DNA of 14,044 nt from Elusimicrobiota bacterium. Its GTDB lineage: Bacteria > CG03 > SLGR01 > JBDRKX01. The stretch's first letter is position 1; each line of letters starts with the position of its first letter. The stretch spans positions 1 to 14,044 of the forward strand of contig JBDRKX010000079.1 of assembly GCA_043813605.1 (NCBI GenBank), in the 5' to 3' direction. Position numbers and translations under genes: made by a program. Positions 1-12,000 of this stretch are shown in pieces. The notes under the pieces were generated by a model. The model was given only the letters and a program-made list of their open reading frames with translations. It was not told the origin of the DNA and made no database searches.

Positions 1-3000
1 GCCTTCATACTTCTTCTCAGTGAAATCCTCATCACTCATACCGAGTTTATCTTTAAGGAGCGCATACAGCCGGCTGTTCGGATGCTTAAACTCAGACGGC
101 GAACCCCATTTGAAGATCGAACGGTATGTATCCGCCCCGGGTGCTTCTTCACTCCAGGCAGGGACATCGGGCTCTGACTTGTCGCGGTTGAAAAGGATAT
201 GTATCACTGAAGCCGCTGCAGTACCGGCCAGCCAGCTTGATGTCTGCAATATGATTATCCCAATACCAATAAAAAAACTTATTGCTGCAAAATGCGGATG
301 TCTTTTGACGAATCTTTCAGACCAGAAAACCGGGATGATCCCCAGTGGTTTTTCCTGACGGATCCCTGCAGTTGCACCGGTCTCTTTTCCTTTCTTTAAA
401 TCAGCAGAATCCTGTTTTTCGATATTGGTTCTGCGTATTTTCCTGCCGATAAACCGTATCAGGAAAAACACAGGAAGATACATCCCCAGCGTCAATATAA
501 GCACAGGGAATCCCGCCCCTACAATCACTCCCGCTTTTGTTCCGAAATAATGATTGAATATCTTGATCGCGGCAATACGGCCTAATGTGGTATTGATCCC
601 ATACAAAATACCAAACGGCAATCCGTATTGCGTAAAATATTCTCCAAGTTTTCCTGATTTAATACTTCTTAAATTAATTATTTTTTTAAAGATCTTTCTT
701 CCGGCAATTTTTATTCTTCTGTCGGTATTTGTTTCCTTCGAAAGTTTTTTCTGATAATCCGGCTTGGGCCTTATCGTGTACATCTGGAGCATATGCCAGT
801 AAGGTTCCTCGTCGGGCGCATGGTCTTTTTTGTACTTAAGCCCGCCTTCTTTAACAAGCCAATCTTTCCATTTTTTATCAATCGACCAGATCTTGAGAGG
901 GACCTCCAGGGGTTCGCCCATAGGTTCTATCGTGAAACGGTCACCGAATTCAGCCACATACTTTTCAAGATCTTTTTTCGCCAGGCTGCTTACATTGATT
1001 ATGATCTTTGCATCCGGATTATCCGGATTAAGTTTATCTATTCCTTCTTTTAAGATCTCGCGGATGAGCCCTGTGCCCCGATATGGGTCTTTCGCATCCT
1101 GTGCCATATATTCAGGCATGGGAATATATGGAGGATTGATAATTATCAAATCGGCAATCTCTTTTACGGTCATAATTCCTTTGCCCCAATAGGAATGAAG
1201 CTGGATTCCGCGGGATTTAAGGTGCGGGAGGAGGTTTCTTTTAGCTGCCTTCAGGGCATTAAGGCTGATGTCAGTAATAGTTAATTCTTTGAGATTGGGA
1301 AGTTTTGCCGCAAGAGCTGTAGACAGGTGTCCGCCGCCTACTCCCAATTCCATTACTTTCTGTATTTTTGAATCGTTAAAAACATTAAACTTTTTTAGTA
1401 TACGGTGAAAATAGAGCGTATCGATATTGGTAGTCCATACTCTCCTATCTAATTCCTTGTCCCAGGATACTGTCACACCATCGTATCTGGTATAGCGTTT
1501 GCCTTCAGGCCAGATTTTGTAGATTATCTCTTTGGCTTTACCTTTAAGGTGAGTAGAAAAATAACGTTCCGGTGAAAGAAGATAAGAACTGGGAATTTTT
1601 TCAATTTCTTCAAAATCCAGTGCATCGTAATTTATTTCTTCTCCTTCGAAAACTCCGGAATCATCTTTTACACGGGAATATGTCAATGTTTTAAGGTCTT
1701 CACTCACATCTATATGAAGACTTAAATCCCCGTCAAGAAGCGCAGGTTGAAGATCATCCAGCTTCCTTGCAGGGACGCTTTCAATAGTGGGTGGCGCTCT
1801 CGCGGCTTTTTCTGCAGGAATTCCGGTGTCTTCAGCCGGCTCCTGCTCTTTTTCAACAACAGCCTCCGTATCAGCAGGCGGCGCTGTTTTTTCAGTATAA
1901 GCGTTGATCTTAAAAATACCCTCAGCCAGTGAATCCGCGCCAGACGTATATATTGTATTCAAAAATATAAAATTCTCGATAGCAGGTAATGTATCTTTTA
2001 TATGATTTAATACTGCCGGCTGATCATCAAATACGGCAATAACCGGGTCTTTCATTTCTTTAAGGGTTTCTGTTTTGAAAATATGAATTTTAGTTCGGAT
2101 ATCATCCGGTTTCATTTCCAGAACAGCTTTTTTATCTACCGGAAATCCAAACCTCTTTAAACTCCTTGTTCTTATGCCTCTAAATGATTCCCAGTTGGCA
2201 GTCAGGTAAACTATTTTTATACCCATGTCATGCAGTCTATTAACATACTCAACGGCGCCGGGTATTGATTCCTCATATTCACTGAATTCATCTGTAAAGA
2301 ACTTCTCAAAAAAGTATTCCTGCATTTCCTTAATTAATTTATTGTCATTAATTCCAATATTTCTTAAGGTATTCTCAACATCATAGACAACCATGTCACT
2401 TTCTAAAGACTTCACCCATTTTGATAGTTTTGGATATCTCTGTTTATTCTCAAATGCATATTTTTGGAGTATCGCTAATATTTTTTTACGGTTATCCAGC
2501 AATGTAAAGTTTATATCAAATACAGCAACAGGTTCCTGTCCACGATTAATTGCATTTTCCGCATCCCGTATAACCTTATTTAGTACTTTAGCCTCTTTGC
2601 TTATTCCGTCAGTTTTATCAGTTAGCATTTCGGCAGTTTCTGCCGATCCGTTTTCGATATCCGGCCGGTTATCTTTTTCTTTCTCGGAAGAAGCTAGAAT
2701 GAGTGTTCTTTGATCTTCTAATTCGTCTGAAAATTCCCGTATAATTCTCTTTTGTGATAATTTTCTATTTACATCTCTAAGGTAGGTATTAAGAATAGAA
2801 AGCCTGGTTTCTTCAGCCAGTTTCGGAATACCTGTTGCTTTTTCTATTACCTCTATTACTTTCAGGATCTCTCTTATCCTGTCTTTAAGATCTTTTACAT
2901 TGGAATACCCGGACAGTATTTGCTCTATATCTTCATAATCCAGGCCCAGGTACCTGAGAAAGAAATTCCCGGATCTTTCTTTCAGCCAATTCGTAGCTCC

Positions 3001-6000
3001 CCGCCCGTAAACCGGATCGATATAAGGCATAAAAGAATCTGACGTGATCCTTCTCCAATCATCATCAATCTTATGAAACCCATCCCTATCCAGGATACGG
3101 CCTTCTATTACCTGATCCGGTTGGTGCTCTGAATCGTAAAACCTGTGCTGAAAATATCCCGGCCATCTTTCAATCTGCTGCTGCCTGTAAAATTTAATAA
3201 AAGAATCTTTAAACTCTGTATTTTCGAGTTCTTCTTTTACGGTTTTTATTCTATGATGTTTATAAACTTCAATAGTTATATTATCCGAAGGCCCGCTCTT
3301 TATCTTGTCTTCTGCTTCCCGGGTCATAAAAGGTATGACCGGGTGAATGTTAATATCTTTTCTTTCTGCTATTGCCCGAATTATACCGGCTGAAACCGCA
3401 ATCTTGGCACCGTCAAAAGCGACATCATCCATCACCGCCATATCCGTAATGCCTTTATCTATATAATCCTGAAGGAGACTGATTCCGGCGACATCGTTTA
3501 TATCGATAATATCCAGGGCCTGAGACAGTCCGTATTCCCTTGCCAGATCATATACCCATTTACTGCCGGGCTGATTACCACGGACCACCAGAAGATACGG
3601 CTTACTTTTTATTTCTTTTCTGAATGATATGAGTATTTTGTAAAGTTGATCCTCAAAAGCTTCTATATCCACATAACCGCTTTCCATCATCTTCACCAGT
3701 TTTTCTGACAACAGACCCAGTTCTTCTGATTCTTCTTTTTGAGCTCTGATCCATTTTTCAGCCTTAGCCAGGTCTAAATGCATATCCTGCAGAGGCCTGG
3801 GGATCACCGAATCCGGAGATATCTCCATTGAGCTATTCCTCAGATAATTCTTCAGTATAGCCCTCCTGGAAGAACCGGACATCTGCCAGCCGGGATCGAT
3901 ATCAGGAATACCACTGGTTCTTTCTATTTCTTTTATTACATTAACAATCTCTTCTATTCTATCATTCAGTTCGCTCACCTCATCATATTGTGAAATTATA
4001 GCGTAATGATCTTCCGGTGATATCCCGTGTTTAATCAGTATTTCGGAGAAAGTCCCTCTGTCCGCTGCCTGTTTCACATCTGATTTCCCGGCATATTCCG
4101 TCATTTCTCTTATCACAGTGAATCCCGAATCCCTGTGATAACTGATATTGTATTTGTCCCCGAGTTCTTTTCTCAATTCCCCCGCAAAAAATCCTTTCAT
4201 CTCTTCAGGTCTCACATCATCCATCGAACCATCATCTTCAAGCCTACTGTAAACATCAACAACTTCATCGTATATTCTATCCTCTCCGATCTCATCCCTG
4301 AATTGATTGGTTATCTGGCCGAAAGACAGCAGCATATCGTTAAAAGAAACTCTTTCTCTTAACACCATTTTCCCTTCGACCTTCTGATACACCTGGAATA
4401 TACCGGAATTGCCGAACCCGATATTCCCTGCGATCAGTATACCGCCTTCACGGAGACTTTTTCCCATATTGTTGACAGCCGCCATATGGTATTCCGGTTT
4501 ATAATACTGGTCTATCAATACATGAAAACATCTTATGACATCCACATTTTCAAGCGGTATCCTGAAATCTCTTTTATCTGTCTTTATAAAACGGAAATTC
4601 GGATACTCTTTTTCATACTTCTCAATGTTTTCAGGAACTTTAATGTCAAAACCTATAACCTCCGCGTCACAATCCCGTTCATTGAATTTACCGGCAAGTC
4701 TGCGTGTCGTCGACGCGTCTTTTCCTACACCCACATCTACCATAACAGTTTTCCTGTTCTTCAAATCAACATATTGCTGAAAATCAAAGAGGTAATCGTC
4801 TACTTTTTGCAGCCTGTTTACAGAAGTTGATCTTAAAAACTTATTTTCGGTATCATCCATTATCTTTTCCGCTTTTATTTCATCCGGATCTTTTTCTATC
4901 CCTGCATCCGGCACTGCATAATGGCTGATCTTCTCTATACCGGGATCCAGTTGAGGTGAGCCCGATATATGAATAGTATCCATAAATACAAGGTTCTTTA
5001 TAGCGGGCAACTGTTTTTTTATCTCATTAAGAACAGCCGGCTGATCGTCAAAAACTGCAATAACAGGTTCATTAATAGTTTTTATTTCTATAGGCTTGAA
5101 AACATGTGTCTTACTGCGGTCATCATCTGGTTTCATCATGAGCACCGATTTTTCATCAAGCGGGAACCCGAATTTTTCAAGATCGGCGGCTCTGGTATCT
5201 CTGAAAGATTCCCAGTTGCCGGTCAGGTATATTATCTTTACCCCCATATCGTGCAGCCTGTTGACATATTCTGCCGCTCCGGGAACAGGCCTGTCATAAT
5301 CCCGAAACTCTCCTCTAAAGAATTTCTCAAAGAAGTACTCTTCTATCTCAGAAAGCAGTTTTTCATCTTCCAGCCCTATATTTCTGAGACTATTCTTGAT
5401 ATCGTATACTATCTTGTCTTCTGTCAGTGACACAAGTTGTTTTTTAAGATCCGGGTATTTATCTTCATTTTCCGCTGCAAATTCCTCTATTATCCTCTGC
5501 ATCTTACCGCGGTTATCGAGCAAGGTAAAATTAATATCGAACACAGCGACAGGTTCATCGCCCCTGTCTATCGCATCCTGTGCATCAGAGACGATCCTTT
5601 CAAGTATGATCTCATCCAGATCAACAACTTTATCATAATCGATCCTGTCCATCAGGCTTATCATTGCTTCGGCGCTAAACTTGATAGTCTCTTCACCGTA
5701 CTTCATATAGAGACAATCATGTTTTATAAAGAGTTTTTCTTTATCCAGTTCTATCCTGACCTTATTATTAAGTTCCAGCAACATCCTATTGCCGTCTTTG
5801 ATGAGATAAAATGCAAAAAGAGCCGTGTCTTCATAATGGAAATATACCTTTTCATATACATTCCCGTTCTCCTGTCCGACATAATACCCTTTCTCGTCTT
5901 TTTTGATAGAAGAATGAAAATAGTTTGAGATCTTCTTGTTTTCAAATACCCCATGAACATTCCACCATTTGCCGTTCCCATCCAGCCGGAAAACTGCCTT

Positions 6001-9000
6001 TTCTTTAGGTATAACTACTTCAACCGGCTCTCTTTCCTGTTCTTCAGCAGCTTGATCATCGGAAACAATCTTTTCCTGTATAATCTCATCAAGATCAACG
6101 ACTTTTTCAGCATCTAATTTTTCTTCTTTGATTTCCCCAATAAACCGATCTTTTATCCTCCCCATACCTCTTCTAAAAAGGTTTCTTACAGCAACAAACA
6201 AGAACAGGAATCCCGCTAATGCTATACCGAGCGCAATAAGGCTTCCACTTGAATAAGGAGAACTGAATATTTCTGCCGCTTCTGCAGGAACACTTATACC
6301 CAGACCGACGGTAATAAATGTTAAGATCCCGGATAGAATCCCATTAAAGATATTTGAAGTCTTACGGTATTCTTCGGGAGACAATTTTACAGAGAGAAGC
6401 GCATGGGCCTGATTTGCGTAATCCCGCGATGTCTTATCCTTACTGTTCAACGACGCCTGCACCAGGGGCAGTATCTCTTTGAAACCGAGCCGGGCAAGTG
6501 AAAGCATGGAAGCACCACGCAGCGCCGGAGACACGAATCCGTCTGAAACTTTTTTATACAGTTCTATTTCGATCGCCTGATTTCCGGAATATCTGCCGGC
6601 AGCAAGTATCGCTTCTTCTCTTACTACTACAGATGAATCATCCAACCCTTTTCTCAGCAGCCTGTCTATATCAGCCTTGGTCTTTAAAAAGAGATTCATC
6701 ATATTTTCAGGAATGTTCTGTTTCCCTTCCATTATAAATTGACTACCGGTCAGGAGTGGTATGACATTATCCCCGAGATACTTCATCGCCTGTATTCTGT
6801 ACATATATTCCACATCAAGATCAGGATTAAGAGGCTCACCTTTTTTCATGATAGCGTACGAGATATTGAAAGTGCGCTGCATCAGATCGACCCTGCTCGC
6901 CAGTACTCCCAGAAACCTCTTAGACAGTAATTCATCTTCCTTGCCGAGACGGATGTTGATATAATTTCTCAGGATCACTTTAAGCGGATTGCGCGGATCG
7001 AATATTTTTCGCTGTTTTCCCTCATATGCAGCCCTGTGAAAATCCCCGCCATATGTATACTGTTTTATGAGTTCTGACACTTCGTGGAAAAGTATCTCGT
7101 CAAGATGTTCCGCTATTACACCGTTAAAAAAATTCCGGGAAACAGCTATACGGTCCTTATCGGCAAAAGCAAGAAGATAATCTTCATCGGATTTTACTAT
7201 ATCATCAAAAACGACTATCCTCCCTTCCTTGAAATAGGCTGCCAGTATATCGATCACCTCAATGACCTCGTCATCCATATCAAACCCGGTATTACTCACC
7301 TTACGGTAGATAAAATCGATCATGAGTTTCACATAAGCATACTGTCCATCATCGAGTTTCTCCGTTTTCACGGTGCCGGCAAGCTTTTTAGAAGGGCCCT
7401 TACCTATAGCGCCTTCTGAAGTAATATGCATGACCGGGCTGAACAGGGTACCGTTATTGGAAACAGCACCCGCGTTTTCCCCCAGAGTTTCTATCAGATC
7501 AAGTTTAAACGGTATGTTGACAGGCCTTTCTTTGAGCACAAACCTGCTCCCTTTTGGCGGAAGGTTCATATCCCCGTAGTCCTTGTGGCATACTTTGATA
7601 AGCCAATCCGGATTTGACCAGACAGGCGGCGACAGCACTAACTGCCCATCCTCAATCATTGAAGGCACTTCTGTACTATACATATCTTTTTTACCGGCAA
7701 TATCCAGTTGAATCATCATACGCTGGATCAGTCGGTACTTCTCATAACAGATAATCGCGCCGATACTTATATTCTGAATACCGCTGAGCTTACTTGCATC
7801 TATTATCCGTTTAAAATCTTTATGGGTCTCATCTACCCGATAATAAACAGGTTTCTCACCTGTTCTATAGGTCAGAACAGCTTCATCGCGGTTTAAAGTC
7901 TTTTCAAGGAATCTGTATTTATTCAGGAGTTCATCTATATCCTGCTGAGGGAACACCGTTTTGGGAGAGATATACCAGACACCGATACCTTCCGGCGACA
8001 GGTCCTTTTTCATATCAATCACATATGCCGGTATATATTTGTAACCAAGCTGTTTCATCGCAGCCATCCGATGAGAACCGTCCAGTACAAGACCGCTCTT
8101 GTCAACAATTATCGGGAATGTAAAGAAACCTTTTTTCTCGATCTGTTCCCTCACATTTACCGCCGAAATGTCCAGTACTTCTTCCTGAAGTGATATAGTA
8201 TCGATCGGTATAAGCTTCAGTTTCCGGTTTATCCTGTCAGATGCAGGGTCATGTCTGTCAGTGTCTCCGGACATGCCGGTTATCTCACCTGTAAAAACCG
8301 ATTCCCCATTCGCGAAAGGCACATACAGAGGCTCAAAATATTTCCTGTCTATACTCTCGAGAAGCTTTCTGTCTTTTTCGGGCATCCGCTGCCAGACGAT
8401 ATTTGAAATAAGATAATCGGCAAGATCCTCATTTAACCTGTCAACGCTGTAATAGCCGGTTTTATCCGCTACCGTCGTTATTTTTTCTTTAACTTTTTCA
8501 TCCTTATATTCTTTCGGTATCTCGCGTTTTTCTTCGTTTACAGCCTCTTTTACCGTGTCCCCCTTCAGTATTATGCCGGCGGCGGTATATCCGGAGTATA
8601 TGCCCAGCGATATTATAAGTACAGGAAAAAATCCGGCTACGGTGACCGCTAATTCCCAACCGAATAGTTTCCAGATAATACGCGGGATGACATACTGACC
8701 GAGGATTGATATTATTCCATATATGATTATAAACGGCAGTCCATGTTTCTTTAATACCGAAAGTGTCTTTCTTCCGGTGAAATTTTTAAGGATATCTTTT
8801 AGTTCATCTATATTTCGCGGTATACTTAAAGATCCTCTTCCGGCAGAAGACTCCGAATCAGTGTCGATCTCTATATCCGTTCTTTCAGGTGACTTACCAT
8901 AAGCAACTTCCCCCATAGCCGAATGTATGATACTGCGGATCTCTTCGTACCCGGATTTGAGTATGGCCTTAAGTTCTTTGTTCGATACGCTATCGTACCG

Positions 9001-12000
9001 TTTTTTTATATTTGAAAGTATCCTGGGATAAAGTTCGGTTTCAGGCACTCCCCTCTCCCGGTAGATGGCAAGATACCTGTCGAGGCCGTCAGCGCCAAAT
9101 GCCTCTTTACAATCAGCATAGAATAAAAGCTGGCTCTCTATAGTATCCCGTCTAGATGTGTAATCATCATGCTCCCTGATAGCCGTAAGGACCTGCTCTA
9201 TCTTGTTTTCGGGAAATAGACTGTCCAAAAGTATCTTACCGGCGACATCGGCACTCACTATCCCGTGTCTCTCGTTCAGAGTATGAGCTATACCGATATC
9301 ATGGAGGAACGAAGCCGCTGCCAGTACTTCCTTATCAGCAGAGAACCTGTCCGCCAGCCGTTCCAATTCATTCCATACAGCTAAAGAATGAGGCAGTCCG
9401 TGATGGCGGTTCATATCTTCTTTACCTGTAAACTGTTCCCTGTTCTTTTCGGCGAGGAAATCTATGAGAGTTTCAAGCGATTCTTTATCAGCTGTATCTT
9501 TCAGCTGATCTTCCGAAAAATGTCTCAGAGGTTTATCCCGTCCGATAAGGATTAATCCCGTAACAGCAGCGCCCAGTGCACAGGAAGCTGTTATAGAGGC
9601 GGCGGCAGTACCAAACAGCATAAAAGCCGCTGCCGATACAACAACTCCGCCGGCGATTATAACTGTTTTCAATAATCTCCTGTTCCTCGCCAGGAATACA
9701 CTCAACTTATTATCTTTTACTTCGTCCTGTACATACAGCGTCCTTTCTATCAGATTTCGTATCACCGAATAATTCACTTGCGCTTTATTACTTGAAACAT
9801 CACAGTTTATTACTGTCTGTTTATTGTAAAAATCGAGCAGAGGCGCGGTTTTCTGCCGGAATGCATCCAGCCTTTTTTTCACTGTCTCCGGTTTATCATC
9901 CTCACGCTCGACAAGGGACGCACCGCATTTATCGCAGATGCCGGGCTGTTCAGGTGCCACACTTTGAATATTATAAACAGCACCACAATCGGGACATATC
10001 AACCTTCCCGCAATCCTTTTCAACAGTTCCTCTTCCGGCACTTCCAGATTAACAACGGCGTTAATGGGCAGTTTTAGATTCCCCAGAAGTTCATCCAGCA
10101 GTCCTGCCTGTTCAATGGTACGAGGGAACCCGTCAAGTATAAAACCTTTTTCCACTATATCATCTTTCCGCAGCCGGTTCTTCAAAATATCGATGACGAC
10201 TTCGTCATTCACCAGACCACCGGCAGCCATAGTATCCTTCACTTTACGCCCCAGCGATGTTTTTTCTTCAGCTACATCTCTGAGTAAGTCGCCCATTGAT
10301 ATGTGAATATTGCCATAATCCGACGAAATCATCTTTGAGAAAGTACCTTTACCGGCAGCAGGCGGCCCTATGATCAGGAGTCGGAGTTTCCTCCTGTGAG
10401 ATCCTGCGGAAGATTCAAGTTCGTTTTCAATCTCATCCATACGCTCCGGCGTTACCAGTCCTATCTTCATATCATCATCAATTGACACTGTTACTCTTTC
10501 GCTGCCGAGCATGAGCGGGAATACCAGTTCCCCTTTATACTTTATGGGTTCATCAAGCTTAAAATCGAAAACCTCTCCGTTACCCCTGACACGCACATAG
10601 CCCCTTATCCATGTTTTGATAAAATCCTTTATCCTGGACACTTCATTATCCGCGACATAGACACGGGATTCCAGCCTTCTTCTAAGCATCTCCGATACGG
10701 AAGCGGCAACTAACCTTTTCTTGAACCACTCTTTCTTAAAAAGTGTCGGGTTAGCATAAAGATGGGAAAGAACTTCTTCATAACTTACTATCTCTTCGCC
10801 CCTTATTATTGAATAGTAATTCTTCCTGTCCTCTTCGGTGTATGAAGTGATCCCCGGTTTAATAACCGTATAGGGAATACCCCTTTTCTTAAGCTGCCCG
10901 GCTACGCCGCGTGTATGGAACCCGCCCATCACCATCACCCTGTTTTCTTCTCTTTTATCTTCTTCGATAAACGTATCGATGAATCTTTCTTCGCGCTTCT
11001 GTGCGATATCGTAAAACCTGCCCATCTCTTCTACATACGGTTTCAGAGTATCAAGCATCGCTCCTACCAGTCTGTATTCTTCGGGATATTCAGTAACCAG
11101 TATCCGGTATTGCTCTTCAAAACCGTCTACTCTTTTATAGAATTCGTCCAGTTCTTCACGCGCCAGCTGGTTCATAAGGAATTTCACCAGAAGCTGTATA
11201 TAGTCCGCTGTAAACACATATGCTTCTTCAACTTCATCGGCGGCTAAAAGACGGGACACTTCTTCTACAACCCTGTTCTCTTCCAATACCACGATGTACG
11301 GATTGTTTGATCTGGAGATTTCTACGCATTCTATGTATCTTTTCAGGTTGGAATACCCGTTACCGGAATATATTTCGGTGAATATCCTCTCCCGCAGAGA
11401 ATTCTCTACCCGAAAGACATCCATAAACTTCTTTATTCCCGCTCTTATGCCTCCTTCAGAATCAGACAGTCCCATCTGTTCGAGCAGCTTTTTATACTCT
11501 TTTTCCACTTTCCTGTAGTCGATCGCATGCTCCTTTTTGGTCAGCAGTATGAAATTTGCATATTCTGGTGAGATCTCCCTTACAGTCTTTCCGCCTTTTT
11601 CAGCCCATTTCAGGAGGTTTTCGTGAAAAACATGCGGTGTTATCCCGTGCTGCCTGTACCTGACATACTGATCCCTGAAACGCCTGAGGTCGGGAGAACA
11701 TATCTTTGCCTCCACTGTTTTCATCGTGTATTTTATTCTTTCCAGTATCTCAACGAACTCTGCCCTGTGGTTCAATGAAGAGACCAGAAGCCGACCGTCT
11801 TGCTCATACAGGTCTTTATCATCTATACCTTTCAGTACAGGATCCTTCTTTTTAGAGACGAATTTTTCCGGACCCGAAACAAGCCCTTTTGTCATAAAAT
11901 ATTCTATTACCCTGGCTTTTACTTCATCATGAGGTATTGTAGATGCAAGGGATACATCTACATCCGAGGAATTTCCTTCTACGCCAATGCTGCCTATTCC

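Noticed and set aside
770..1480. NPPY methyltransferase as a restriction-modification DNA methylase
   Set aside because: Motif I and NPPY are closely spaced in a HemK-like layout, no target-recognition domain or nuclease is evident, and it is an internal domain of a membrane protein.
5751..5981. 76-aa minus-strand ORF
   Set aside because: It is an alternative frame inside the DUF1285-like domain of the giant gene, with no independent support.
7495..8220. ParB as evidence of a plasmid or partition system
   Set aside because: No HTH or ParA partner is visible, and the C-terminal motif fits the SbnI/SerK-like branch.
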